Below, one piece after another: positions 23,913-36,467 of a DNA stretch of 64,000 nt. The stretch is taken from positions 1 to 64,000 of the forward strand of contig QPGO01000087.1 in NCBI GenBank assembly GCA_008632985.1, written 5' to 3'. Position 1 is the stretch's first letter, and every line of letters begins with the position of its first letter. The translations under genes and the position numbers were made by a program. The notes beneath the pieces were generated by a model. The model made no database searches and was not told the DNA's origin. It saw only the letters and a list, made by a program, of their open reading frames with translations. Source of the DNA: Psammoneis japonica. Its lineage: Eukaryota.

Positions 23913-24830
23913 AGAGCACAAATCTTGGCCTGTTGACCTCGCCGCACATGCCTTGCTCAGATTTTGTTCCAAAACTGCAATGCAACATGGGTCCTTGCCA
24001 AAACCCAATGGGTTCAACAACAAATTTTCCAAGAACTCGCCACTCTTGCCCTTTTTTTGACTTGCAACACCTTGTTCGGCATTCTGGCGAGGCACGATGA
24101 TGAAAATGATGGGTTTGTGCAAGATGATCACATGAGAACAAAAAGCCTCTTGCATGAAGTTTGCTGCAATCGTTTGCCATGCACCCTGATGGCTGCCACC
24201 ACCCATGGTGTTCTTTGTCTCATTGGCTTCTTGATCAAAACACACCACACCCCTCCTCTCACACACACAGCTGCNTTCTGGCGAGGTGCAGTGACAAAAA
24301 TGATGGGGTTGTGCAAGATTGATCACATGAGAACAAAAAGCCTCTTGCATGAAGTTCACTGCAATCTTTTGTCATGTGCCTTCATGGCTGCTGCCACCCA
24401 TGGTGTTCTTTGTCTCATTGGCTTCTCGCTCAAAACACACCATTTCCCTTCTCTCGCACACACAGCTGCTGGCTGCTGCCACCTCTGACTTCATTTTGCA
24501 CTTCTTTCCACATGTTTCTCATTGCTCTTGCTCAATGTGCTTTTTAAAATTATGGACCTCAACATTGAAGGCACTTGAGAAGGGAATGGCTGGGTGTTGG
24601 GTGTGCTGCACTCTCTGGGAGAGCAGGAGCTTTGTGAGAAGTGTGCCGGCTTGTGTGTCCTGCCTGTGTCGCAAATCTTCTTGAGAGCTTGAGCTGAGCA
24701 CTGGGCTGAGTTTGAATTGTTTTGTGCTGGGAATGACTTCAGTGGTTAGAGCCCCCCCTCACTTAGGCCCACAAATCCCTTCCTCTGTGGTGGCCCCTGC
24801 TCTCTAGGGCCACTAGCGCCGCCGCTGATG
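21960..24830. repeat. TpA/CpG-depleted degenerate block
   Basis: Almost no TA. Contains a ~155-bp tandem duplication (22436-22750), (CA)n at ~23879-23910 and a ~195-bp duplication (24100-24470). Confidence 0.8.
23879..23910. repeat. (CA)n microsatellite
   Basis: About 16 CA units. Confidence 0.9.
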
Positions 24831-25042
24831 TGGTTGCTGCATCTCCAGCTTCCCGCGCCAAAATTTCGACATTTCCTGGTTACCTTCTCACGTACCGGAG
24901 ATTACGTATGTACAGAGTACGTGAAATTTAGTACAAAACGAAGCATTTGCGTGTCCTCATCTTTTCTCTCTCTGTTCTTTTCACTTTTCAAGTTGGGCCG
25001 GTGCGGTTGCGGTTTGATAGTGCTACCCAGTTAAGGTGAACA

Positions 25043-26251
25043 ATGGTACAAGATTCGGAGAACAATGAGAAGGACCTCAAATCTACAAAAGAGGAAGAGG
25101 AGTTGATCAAGACGACGTTGGGTAGTGAACCTCGGGCGACGCGCGAAGCGACCGTGAAACGCTTGATGCACTCTTGTATGGACGGCGTCCGACTCCCTGT
25201 GACGTGCACGGCCGTGGTCCCATGCTTGTATCGGATATTCCAAAGAGTGCGACCGGCAACGGTGTCATTATGGGTATCGACGAAGCCGGTCGTGGACCGA
25301 TTCTCGGTCCCATGACGTATGGTGCGGCGTTTTGGAACCCCGACGTTCAAGATTGCATTCCCAAAGGATTCAACGATTCCAAAGCTCTTTCAGCCGAGAC
25401 GCGTTCCAAGCTGTTTCAAAATATTTTAGACAATCACGAGATTGGCTTTGTGTTGCGTGTTTTGCACGCTTCTGAAATTTCGCGCAACATGTTGCGGAGT
25501 CAACCTTATAATCTCAACGCCATGTCGCATGATGCAGCCATGCTTATGGTGTCGTCCGTGTTGAATGCCGGTGTCAAGATTGACACATGCTATGTCGATA
25601 CCGTAGGAAATCCGGATGCGTACCGTACTCTGTTGGAGCGGGAGTTTGTGGGACAGGGGATTCGTTTTGTGGTGGAGAAGAAGGCTGATGCCAAGTATGC
25701 GCCTTGCTCTGCAGCGTCTGTTGGTATGTTTTATGAAAGCAGTATCGACCTCGTGGACCGCTATGCTTATCTAAGCGAAACATTTTCTAATTATTCCTTT
25801 TTCGCCACATACAGTCGCCAAGGTTTCACGAGACCGAATGATTGAGTCATGGAAATGGTCCGAGACAAACTTTGAAGCACAGGGTGGCTTGGACTTTGGT
25901 TCCGGATACCCCAGCGATCCAAAGTGCAAAACGTGGGTGGAAAATAATCTTGTTGATCCTGTCTTTATGTTTCCAGACCTTGTTCGGTTCAGTTGGGGGC
26001 CCGCCAAGAAGGCTGCAAAAGAGCACGGCGTGGCTGTAGAGTGGGAAGCGGACGAAGACGAGGACAATAATGTTGATTCGGACGGAGTCAGCAGGCAGCA
26101 GATGGATATGAGCTCGTTTGTGGTTGGAAGCAAAGCAGTAGAGAAGAAGAAAAAGAAGCAGAGTGCCTCTTGCGTCTTGACGAAGAAACCGAGGCTTGCA
26201 TACTTTGAAAAGAAGGGGCTTCGAGCTGTGTCAAAATTATCAGTGTCCTGA
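25043..26251 (+). CDS. RNASEH2A: Ribonuclease H2 catalytic subunit A
   Basis: GIDEAGRGP, NDSK, YVDTVG, KKAD, GSGYPSDP; SAASVVAKVSRD is rebuilt across intron 25724-25814. Start uncertain: ATG 25043 needs an indel near 25175, otherwise a downstream ATG is used. Confidence 0.9.
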
Positions 26252-26799
26252 TTAAAGTCACTGTCTACGAGTAGAGAGTACAATTACATGTAGAGCGAAA
26301 TTGGCACGCCGGGTTCAGCCACGTCAATTCTCCTCAAACTAAACTTGTATACCTACAGTACTAGGTGTTTTGGCTGTTTTGAGACTTTTGAGTTTCGATT
26401 TTGCAGTTGTCTTGTTTGTTTTTTCTTGAGTTGTCGTTGTTTCATAATAAATGAGCCGAATGAAGAAAAGAACAAGAATCGTACCATGTACACAACGAAA
26501 CAGCTAATTTATGCGTGACTTCAAGTCCACTCTAGGAGACGAAACTGCGTTTGAAAACTCGCGACATACGACTAAAGTAGAAACATCCAACTACAGTAGA
26601 AATGACGAAGTCCTTCCACTCATCCTCCTCTTTAGTGTTGGCTTTCTAGTTCCTCTCTAGAGAGAATGAGTAGGGACTCGTATCATTATATTTTAGAAAT
26701 AAGTTGACGGTATCCCGTCTAAAAGCACGAGTAAGTCAAGTTAGGCCCCATTTTTCCATTTGCTCTCGTTTTGACTGACTCGATCACAAAAAACAAAAA

Positions 26800-26945
26800 A
26801 GTATGACGTGCGTTCGGAGTTGTACCCGTACAAAATGCTCGTGCATTCCACGTGACAACTCCGCGTATTCGCGCGTTGAATCTTACGAGGGGAAACACGA
26901 CTGACGCGATAGTGGTCCAAGCCACAAAATCGAGACGTCAAGGCT
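26800..26945. promoter_or_regulatory. Cluster of TGACGT/TGACGC bZIP (aureochrome/CRE-like) motifs upstream of paralog A
   Basis: TGACGT 26804-26809, TGACGC ~26902, ACGTCA 26935-26940. Confidence 0.3.
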
Positions 26946-27024
26946 GTCAGGAGGCTGTCAAGAGCGGGTGAAGAGCTCATAAAATTCTCAAGTGGTGTCA
27001 AAACGTTCGATCTACATCCGAATA

Positions 27025-27468
27025 ATGTCTCTGACAATGATCCGAATCCCCGCCTCACGTGCTCTTTCCCTGGCTAGCTCCCGCAGCGCACCGGTTTCTC
27101 GATCGTTGTCTACGCAATGCTCGGAGTCAGTTCAGAAGCTTCGCCAAGTCTTGGAGGAATACCGTCTGGAAAAGTAAGTTGTTCCGATGCTCGTGTTTTC
27201 TTGCCAATGACGTTGGATCAGTTTTCTCACGTTTCTTTGACATTGTTTCTGCAGTTACACGCAAGAGATTCCTTCGCGCTTCAAGAAAGAGGTCGCTCAA
27301 GCTGCTAAGGGAGCGAACCAAAACAGCATTGCTCCGGCGGGTTTGGAACGTGTACTTTCAAATATTGGTGCGTCCAACCGCATTTCCGAGTCAGACCTCG
27401 ATGCCATCTTCTCCGAGCTTGGCGAATCAGGGGCTCTTCCTGTTCAAAGTTTCGTTCGAATGATATAG
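27025..27468 (+). CDS. Small putative mitochondrial protein with degenerate EF-hand-like C-terminus, paralog A
   Basis: Two exons (intron ~27174-27254). Arg/Ser/Ala-rich presequence; KLRQVLEEYR..YTQEIPSRFKKE..GLERVLSNIGA..IFSELG. Confidence 0.75.
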
Positions 27469-28049
27469 AATATGAGCTCCGCGTTGATCACGGTAGAATG
27501 AATCATAGAGCATCGTCGGTATGAATCATTAAGAAGGAAAAGTGATAGACGCAAAGTGGAAGGCGACCCCTCTAGACAAGTAGAGAATGATGTAGAATAT
27601 AGATTAGATTAAAACCGCAGTTTACTGTTCTAAGCGCATCAGAATAGGACGCACAACACTGAATATAATGTTGAACAACCCATTGACCAACTTGAAAGCC
27701 CATCGTCAAGTCGAACGAACTAAGAACGTTTTCAAGGTGAGAGAGTTATTTGCAAATCGACTCATCGAACTCGGTTTGATGACACTTGGCGTGTTTGGTC
27801 GGTTCACCTTCAGTCAAATTAACAACAACAACAGGTCATCACGACCATCCAACATCCAAGACCCAGTTGACACCCGTATGGAAACTCTACGTAGAGCTCT
27901 ACGTAACAGACCCGGAAAAGAAACATCCAATGCGCCATCAGCGAACTCTTTGGTCTTCGGAAATCAGCACGGCATTTTTTCTGTCACAGTCACAATTGTT
28001 TGCTTTGTAAATCAATCGCCTCGATGCCAACGCATTCCATATATCACTC

Positions 28050-28522
28050 ATGGTGCTGGTAAACGCTGTGTCTAGGTTGGCTGGTGCCAACGGAGCCTCC
28101 ATAGCAGCTGCTGCTACATCAAGAATTCTTTCGACTCAATGCACATGCTCAGTAAACAAGTTGCGACGATTGCTCGAGGAGTTTCACTTTCATGAGTACG
28201 TAAGCAGCGCATTCACTCCATAAATCGGCTCGTCAGTTATCGGTGTGTGTTTTCCAGTCTTACATTCCCAATGACTACGCGATATAACAGTCGGCGACAG
28301 GATTTGCCTACTCGGTTTCATGTCGAGGTGGAGAAAGCAACCAACGGCTACAAAGACACGATTGTTCCGGAAGGGTTGGAACAGATTCTAAACGCTATGG
28401 GTGCTACGAATAGACTTTCAAAGCACGACAAGGATATTATATTCTCAGAGCTCGGCGAGTCTGGCGCTATTCCGATCCATCGCTTTATGCAGATTATCTA
28501 CACTGAAGACAGCGCTATCTAG
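28050..28522 (+). CDS. Small putative mitochondrial protein, paralog B
   Basis: LSTQC..VNKLRRLLEEF, intron at the equivalent position, DLPTRF..GLEQILNAMGA..IFSELGESG. Confidence 0.7.
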
Positions 28523-29165
28523 AGCCCGCAAGAGAAAAGTGTTGCTTCCGCGCCTATTGAAGACTCCATGCGCTACAGTACCCGTGACCCTATCAGATAG
28601 ACTTTGTGATTATAGAGAAATTAGAACAATGACGGTAGTATTGCTTTTTCCGACGCCATTGCCTTGTGACCCTCCTCCGTCCGTCCGCAACCTCCCTCTT
28701 CCCTGCCCTGCCTCTCGATGATGGGCGATGATGGCGGATGTCGCACTCGTGACACCCGGGATTCAAACCGTGACACGCTGCGCGCTGTGTGACACCCAGC
28801 AGATCGCAAAAACGCGACCATTTGACTCATGAAACGGGAATGAATCATCATCCGGCACCAACGAGCGTTGGCACCGGCATTTGGGGGTTCGGCTTTCTGG
28901 TGCGTCATATATTGGAGCGTCATCTTCGATTTTTTTAGCGAATCAAATCGCCCGTCGTGCGTGAGACTGACACATTGTGACATTTTGACAGATTTCAAAC
29001 GAAACCGGCATGCGTTTTTTCTCGCCGATTGACGCATTGGTGCCGATCCCATCACCTCGCTCTTTATTTGCTTCATGCATTCTGCATTCATCACATCACT
29101 GGTGTTGTCTCGAACAGCACACAATTTCATCAACGTCTCAACATACAAGCCACCCAACCAACAGC

Positions 29166-29601
29166 ATGTCTCTTTATGCTAAATGTTCAGGGCTCCTACC
29201 TTGAGAATCGCACCAGCATCGTCTCGAACGCTCTCGACTCAATGTTCGAGTCTTTGGAGAAACTTCGTCAAGTCTTTGAAGAATATCGCATGGAAAAGTA
29301 AGTTCACATGAGCATTGGTATCGAAATATACACCTACATGAGTGACATCCTGATGACTTACACGTGATATCTCTTCTTGTCTTTCAGTTTTACCCGAGAG
29401 ATTCCATCACGTTTTAAAAAGGAAATGGTCAAGGCTGCCGGCGCCGAGAACCATGTCATTGCTCCGGAGGGTTTGGAACGCCTCCTTTCCAACATTGGCG
29501 CTTCCCATCGTCTTTCCGATAGCGACAAAAAGATTATATTTTCAGAACTCGGTGAATCACCAAGCTCCATGTCGGCCCAGCGATTTGCTCAGATTATTTG
29601 A
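29166..29601 (+). CDS. Small putative mitochondrial protein, paralog C (1-nt indel(s) in exon 1)
   Basis: RTLSTQCS, KLRQVFEEYR, intron, FTREIPSRFKKE..GLERLLSNIGA..IFSELG. Confidence 0.7.
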
Positions 29602-30099
29602 GAATAATGGCAAAAAGCACGAAGTCGTTTCAGGAAGATTTTGGTTCCAATGATATACAAAGGCTCACGCGCATCGAGGTGACAAGGAAGAAAATAGAAA
29701 TAAATGTAAATAACAAGTAAGAGAGCATGGTCTACATCATTTTGTTCCTCTTTGCAAGTGGAAGAAGTCTCGAAACCACACATTTTTGTGCACTTCGCTC
29801 GCAAGTTGCCGGATAGTCGTCTAAGTCGGGAAGAGACAATAATGATGTGATGACTACTCTAGAACTAACTCTCCATCAATATATTATAGTTTCTAAAGCA
29901 TTCAGTTCAAAAAGACAAGATTTCTGTAGGTATGGTTAGTGCTTTCCGCTTTCCGTCGGTGCGGCCGGGTTGCAAAAGTAGAGCAGTCTGTCCGACCCAC
30001 CTAACAACTGCCACCATCCATTTTTTTCGAAATCTCCCTCCAACACCCGACAACCTCCATCCAACCTCAAAACCACACCTCGACCCGAAAGAGCTAACA

Positions 30100-32568
30100 A
30101 TGGGATCTAAAAAGAAGAAGTCCAAAAAGTCCAGGAAAAATGAAAACAGAAGGAAACATCGGACGCCGTCAAGGTTGAATCCAAGTCTGAATCTCCCCGA
30201 AACGACGAAACGTCCTCAAAGAACAATCCAAATTCCTTTCACAGCATTTCACCTCCTCTGTCGAGTGGCGTGTTGCAATATGTCGACTCTCATTCCTTTC
30301 ACACCATGACTCCTGTACAAGCCACGACGATTCCGCTCTTTTTAACAAACAAGGACGTGGCCGTTCAGGCCGTGACGGGAAGCGGAAAGACACTTGCCTT
30401 TTTGATTCCCATTGTTGAAATGATCTGCGACGAACCGTTTTGCTCACCAAACGACAAGTCGGAGCTTTGGTGTTGAGTCCGACGCGAGAGCTGGCACGAC
30501 AAACGTACCAAGTTGCTCTGGAGCTTTGTCGGCTGTCGTCCCTGTCGGAACCATTGTTGTTGGTGGGAGGAACGTCTGTTTCGGATGATTTGAGACTGTT
30601 TCAGAAAAATGCAAGTGACATTGTGATTGGTACTCCCGGTCGTATGGAAGATATTCTGACACGCTATGATGTTTTGGATGTGTCTGAATTGGAGTGTCTC
30701 GTGTTGGACGAAGCGGATGTGTTGTTGGATATGGGCTTTGACGTGGTCTTGACGAATATTCTCGGTCGACTGCCGAAAATGCGACGAACCGGTTTGTTTA
30801 GTGCTACTGGGACAGCCGGCGGAGTTGGTGGTGCTGGAAGTAGGGGTTTCAAGGAATTAGTGTCTCGAGCTGGAATGAGAAATCCCGTTTGGATAATGTG
30901 GCAATCGCTGCATCAAACAACACCAATGATAATACAGAGGCTCCCGATAAACAGAAGGACTCGACAGATGATCCAAAGACTCCTTCTGGAGAACAAGCAA
31001 CACCGTCCTCGCTAACCAACTATTACCTGGTATCACCATTGGACGAAAAGCTGTCTCGGCTTGTATCCTTTCTCAAATCACACCGAAACGACAAGGTGAT
31101 TGTCTTTTTCCTAACGTGTGCCTGTGTCGAATTTTATGGTGCCGCGTTACAACAAATTCTCAAAAAGAATCACTACATGGAACTGCTGCACGGTAAAATG
31201 GTTCAAAAGCGGCGAGAAAAAGCCATGGAACGGTTTCGACAAGAATGTACACTCGAAGAAGAATCCACCACTGACAGGAAGAACCGTGGCGGTGTGTTGC
31301 TTTGTACGGACGTTGCAGCTCGTGGTTTGGATACGTATGTCAATTGGGTGGTTCAGTTTGATGCACCGACGGATCCGGCATCGTATGTGCATCGGGTCGG
31401 ACGGTCGGCACGTGCCGGGCGAGTTGGATCGAGTCTCTTGTTTCTGACCGAGGAGGAAGAGAGTTATATTGATTTTTTGCAAATGAAAAAGGTGCCGCTA
31501 TCACAGCTGCCAGACACAGAAGTATGCGCACCGCCACCAGAATCAGAAACCAATGTCACAGACGGCTCTGACACAAACAAGCAAAATGATGACGAGGACG
31601 AAGAAACCGAGACACGCGTCATTCGGAGCGCCGTCGGACCAGATCACACATTGCAGATGTTTTACCAAAGGTTCGAAAGATTGTCATGTCGGATCGCGAT
31701 GTACTGGAAAAGGGAACAAAGGCATTTACATCCTACATTCGTGCTTACAAGGAGCACCACTGCGCCTTTATCTTTAGGTACGTCTCGATCTCTCGTTATA
31801 CATGAGTGTTTCGCAACGGGCGGGCCTGCTGCCGGTACAGACTGAAGAATCATTTGAAGCGGCTCCAAAATGGAGCTACATTCTGTGATTCTTCCTTGAC
31901 GACCGGATTGTCTCCGTCGAATGCAATAACAACCTTTTGAAAGAAATTCAGTAGTTCTTTCGCAGAGTCATACTCACTGCCTCTCATTAAATCACCACGA
32001 GAGGATCAGTAACCCAGGACTCGTACAGATTCAGATAAGTTCATGCAACCATATTGTGCGACCCTATTCTAACTTGTGATCATTCTCTCTTATGCTAAGG
32101 TTCGCTTCTCTCGATTTGGGTTTGCTTGCCACTTCGTTTTGCTTGTTGCGTTTGCCCAAAATGCCCGAACTCCGCGACAAGGAGCTCGTCAACTTCAAGC
32201 CCGCTCAAGTGGATATTTACGCCATTGCCTTTAAAGATAAAACAAGAGAAAAGGCTCGTCAAAAGCGACTTGCTGCCGAACTGGCGGCGGGTGGCAAGAA
32301 TGCCAAGCAAATCAAGGCCGAACAGCGACAGGCCGAGCGGTTGCGCAAACAAAAGGAACGCCGCCAAGCGGAAAAGGCCAAGGGGCGCAACCCGGACAAG
32401 AAACGGGGACGGCAGGCACAAATGTTTGACGAATGGGACGATTTGGCAAAAGAGGAGCGTCTTTACAAGAAACTGAGGAGAGGGAAAATCACAAAGGAGC
32501 AGTACAAGAAACTCATGTACGGTGACGCCAAAACAGAAGAAGAGTTTGACAGCGATGACTCCGAATAA
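30100..32568 (+). CDS. DDX55: DEAD-box RNA helicase DDX55/SPB4 (several apparent 1-nt frameshifts; intron ~31779-32099)
   Basis: [61 protein letters not shown]-terminal [10 protein letters not shown] and basic tail. Confidence 0.9.
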
Positions 32569-32689
32569 GTTGTATCATCCTGCCTGAACAATCAAAATGA
32601 AAAGCGTTTCTATTAGGTATTGTAATCTTAGCGGTTCTTTGACTTTTTTTGTTGTTGTCGAACAACGACTGTCCCTCCTGTACGTTGCC

Positions 32690-33445
32690 TTACTGTACAG
32701 TCGTCGTTGTTGTTGCTGTATTAGTAGTAGCGGTTGAAGCCATCAGAGCTTCACTGTTATCATCATGACTGACTTTTTGTTGCTTATTCGGGTCTTCTTC
32801 TGGATGTTCTCGATAATAATCCACCAACTCAGCCTTGGTTAGAAAACGCCCCCCGGGTCCTCGCGGCCTCTTCATGGCGTGACGATGACGTGATTCGTGC
32901 TGGTAAGGTCTTCGCTTCCCATTCGCTTCAGCCGCGGCACGCTTTTGTCGATAGTACTCTTCTATGCGAGCTCGTGCCTCTCGACGTTTGAGAATCCGTC
33001 GATACTGCTTAGCATTGACAAAAGTGGGCCGCGGTTTTGCTGCTTGAGGAGGAGGCGGTGGTAGTGGCGGTGGTCCGAGTTGCGCTTCTCCGACCGCTGC
33101 AGCGGCAGAAGCGGCTGTAGCGTACATTTGCTGCATATCCACGCCAGGAGGTGGCATCCACATGGCTGTTGCAGCAACTGGAGGAGGGGGAGTGGTTGAT
33201 ACCATTGTTGTAGCAGGCGTAGCGACAGCCTCTTGCTGCTGATTTGCTCCTTCTGAAGTCCCTCCCAGTGCCGACTGATTGAGCGTTGCCTGCACCGGAG
33301 CTCCGACTGCCTGTGTCACGAACTGTTGATCTGGAGCGGGCGCTGGAACCGAAGCAGCAGCATTAGCAACAGCTGATACTCCAACAGAAGTTGCTTGGGG
33401 TAGATTAAATGCGGTTTGCGTTGAAAAGTTCATGGTTGGAAGCAT
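32690..33445 (-). CDS. NFYA: Nuclear transcription factor Y subunit A (CBF-B/HAP2)
   Basis: [21 protein letters not shown] and [24 protein letters not shown]. Confidence 0.95.
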   Translation of the reverse strand: MLPTMNFSTQTAFNLPQATSVGVSAVANAAASVPAPAPDQQFVTQAVGAPVQATLNQSALGGTSEGANQQQEAVATPATTMVSTTPPPPVAATAMWMPPPGVDMQQMYATAASAAAAVGEAQLGPPPLPPPPPQAAKPRPTFVNAKQYRRILKRREARARIEEYYRQKRAAAEANGKRRPYQHESRHRHAMKRPRGPGGRFLTKAELVDYYREHPEEDPNKQQKVSHDDNSEALMASTATTNTATTTTTVQ

Positions 33446-33882
33446 TTCTTACATAGGACCGATGTCACGATGCATGGCCGAGTTTTTCAAATCAACAGTC
33501 GCTGACGTCCGTCGTCCCTTTCTCGTGCTGTCATCTTCTGAATGCTGCAAGATGATTGGTCGGTTCAGCTTCAATCTTGATTTCGCGCGCCCGGATCGCG
33601 TGTCGTATGCGACATCGCCATCACTGCAATGTATTCAAGTCTTTTGGTTTTTATCAAATGCGTTGGACATTAATGAAATGAAACAGTTCGTATGATCGAT
33701 CTTTCATTTATCATTCAGAAGCGTAGTTATACAATTTCGAATAAGAAATGCCGTGGTCGTCAGTCTCACATTTTGGCTTTTCGGCGATCTTTTGACACCC
33801 TGAACTGATTATTCGATTGATTCCTCACTCTCTCATTGCTTATTGGGGGCCAGGTAACTGAAGTGAGGAGCAGCGTTCAACA

Positions 33883-34830
33883 ATGGCAAATTTCTGGCGT
33901 GGAGCAGCTTGCATCTTTTTATCGGTTGTGGCGACCAGTCTATGCGTTTGCGTTTCGGGTTTCCAAGCAAGACATGGTAGAGCGTTTCTTTCTAAAGCAT
34001 TCACCTCCTCGACTCTTCTTGTGTCTAAAAATGCTGACAATGAACTCCGATCTACGGAATTATGGCTCGACTTGAGAGGAATGGCGATATCACCACGAGA
34101 AGCGTTGATGTTTCTAGCATCTCAAGAACAGGATGAAAGTTGGCAAGAAGACACAATATCCTTTGATCCCATAAATGTCGATCGGGTTTTGATTTCAACA
34201 GATGCTATCGATGTTGCATTGCAGTTACTGGAAGAGGAAACAAATGTGCCTGTAATGATGTATGCCAACGAAACGGACGGATCGATTCGAGATGTACAGG
34301 ATCAATCCACGCTTTACGGGCATGCCATTCAAGTGACTACCAATTTCATTGACCCCATTCCTGCTCTGGTTACCGTGTCTAATGGAGGGTGGGTGGTTGT
34401 GGACTCCACAGAAATCAAGGACGAAATGGATCGCAAGGATGTCATTTCGAGTCTCTACGAGTTTGTATCATCGGGTTCGTCGCCATCCCTACTTGGTGGC
34501 GGCTTGTTGCTAGGTGGTGATGACACTCCGAACGAGCCCTTCGTCACGCGCCCTGGCGAGCAAAGCACAAGTTATGGCGGTGACGGAGAGGGTGGTGTTG
34601 CTATTAGCTGCAGAACCAGCACCGATGTTGTCAATGTAGCCGGACTCGTGCAAAGCACGCTTGTGGATGGTGTTGTGACAACGGAGAGCGGCATTTTGCT
34701 TCGCCAGGCTCCGAATGAAGAGATTGACGCGTCAAGCAAAGTCAAGGCTTTGCACAAGTCGGCACTGCTTTTGCCTTTTGATATCCTGATCTGGAAGACT
34801 GCTGCAATCGTATTTGGCAACACGGAATAA
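33883..34830 (+). CDS. Hypothetical protein, possibly plastid-targeted
   Basis: 315-aa ORF; signal peptide ending VSG-F followed by a transit-like stretch. Confidence 0.7.
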   Translation: MANFWRGAACIFLSVVATSLCVCVSGFQARHGRAFLSKAFTSSTLLVSKNADNELRSTELWLDLRGMAISPREALMFLASQEQDESWQEDTISFDPINVDRVLISTDAIDVALQLLEEETNVPVMMYANETDGSIRDVQDQSTLYGHAIQVTTNFIDPIPALVTVSNGGWVVVDSTEIKDEMDRKDVISSLYEFVSSGSSPSLLGGGLLLGGDDTPNEPFVTRPGEQSTSYGGDGEGGVAISCRTSTDVVNVAGLVQSTLVDGVVTTESGILLRQAPNEEIDASSKVKALHKSALLLPFDILIWKTAAIVFGNTE

Positions 34831-34880
34831 TTCGCGGAAGAAAATCTTCAATCCAGAACTATCTTATGTCGGCTGCGGAT

Positions 34881-35570
34881 TTATGAGCGACTGAAACTCA
34901 TGGTGGCACTGGGTGTTATCAGCATGTCCATATAGAAGTCGTATTCCGCAACAGGAATGCTCTCCACAATCTGAGGCTCCATGGCCACAGCCACCAACAG
35001 AGGTTTCTTAGGTTGTGTCAAAGTTTTGCTCTCCTTGGCAGAGGTCTCTCTCATTCGAGCAATGAATCGATCGTAGTATCCCTTGCCCTGGCCCAAGCGA
35101 GCTCCCGTCTTGTCGAACGCCAATCCGGGCATAATTATAACGTCAATATCTCCTGGTTTCGCCGCTTCTCGAGGCATGCTTTCGGGTGGTTCCGGTATTC
35201 CCCACTTATTTCGTGGCCAGTCATGGTGAAATATTTTGTCATTTGCGTTCTTGTCATTGTCAACAAACACACGCATTAATTCCATATCATAGTTCTCGAA
35301 ATTCTGCCCAACTTGCGGAATATAAACGGTTTTGTCACTTGTCAGAGCGTTGACAAGGGCAGTGTCTGTTTTCAGTTCCCAGTTGGGCATGGATAAGAAC
35401 AAACCCACACTATTTGCCTCCTTGTAAACATCAAGTGCAAATAATCTTTCCCACACGTCTTCACTTTGTTTTGATACCGTCTCTGCAGACATTTCTCGTA
35501 TCCGAGACCTGACCTCTTTCCGCACAGCCTGCTTTTGTTTTCGAATTTCATCCGACGAGTTAAGGGACAT
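34881..35570 (-). CDS. MTHFS: 5-formyltetrahydrofolate cyclo-ligase
   Basis: KQAVRKEVR, NKWGIPEP, PGLAFDKTGARLGQGKGYYDRF. The frame is open to 35762, so an N-terminal extension is possible. Confidence 0.92.
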   Translation of the reverse strand: MSLNSSDEIRKQKQAVRKEVRSRIREMSAETVSKQSEDVWERLFALDVYKEANSVGLFLSMPNWELKTDTALVNALTSDKTVYIPQVGQNFENYDMELMRVFVDNDKNANDKIFHHDWPRNKWGIPEPPESMPREAAKPGDIDVIIMPGLAFDKTGARLGQGKGYYDRFIARMRETSAKESKTLTQPKKPLLVAVAMEPQIVESIPVAEYDFYMDMLITPSATMSFSRS

Positions 35571-36467
35571 TGCTGCAGGCCACTGTGTAGGCAGTGATGT
35601 TGAAATTGGACGCGCAAGATTGGGATGCGAAATAAATGCTCGAGCTGAAAAGGTTGATGCTGTCAAACGAAGAATCCTAATAGCCGACACTCCCCTTGGT
35701 ACGAGTACGCCACTCGGGCGTCGTCGGGACCAAGCACTTGGTAGAAGAATCTTGCTACGCACAGCCCTGAATGGTTCGGTGCTGTCTCAATTCAGAGCAT
35801 GCATCAAGCTCAAAGATCTCTGTTGAAAACGATGGTTGCAAGATGACGTAGCGTAAAGTGGGCTGACTGATTCCTGGCCACTCAAGCCAATGACTGATAT
35901 CTACTTCAAGTTGCTGAAGTGTTGCAATCCGAAATCCGAACTGTTGTCAACACTCAACAACACGTTGCAGCAAAAAGTGGATGCAAAAATGACGGCTGGC
36001 AAACGGGGCATCAGCTTTCTTTAATTTCGTCGATGATGACAAATCATTTAACGCATTTTTACTTATCAAGAATTCTCAACTTCTTTCAGCACGTCACGGT
36101 CATTAATTAGTCTGGTTACGTGGCTGAGTTTCCTGCAGTCATTCTGCAATCTTTGAGAGACACAAAATGATGCTTTTTTCTGGAGGTCGAACTTTGTACT
36201 ATTTTACGTGTAGAATCTACAGGCCCATAAATAAGAAATCGTTTCAGAAGTTCGATGACGCACCCCTAATTGTTTCCTCTTCTTCGGCCACGTCAATCCA
36301 TTGGCCTTAAGTGATGACGCAATGGCTTCCGATACGATTCAACTTGCACACCCGCGCTCAAAAAATCAGCACATCGAGGTTCCAGCGACACCTCTCACAA
36401 AAAAAGTTTATGCAGGCATTAGAACAACGACCACAAGAAGCAAAACCCACCATTTTCGTACATCACC

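Noticed and set aside
30100..31780. Multiple frameshifts in DDX55 (also single ones near 25175, 29250, 37580 and 38078) as pseudogenisation or programmed frameshifting
   Set aside because: All are 1-nt indels in otherwise intact conserved genes with no substitution damage; most likely long-read assembly errors. Short-read polishing would decide.
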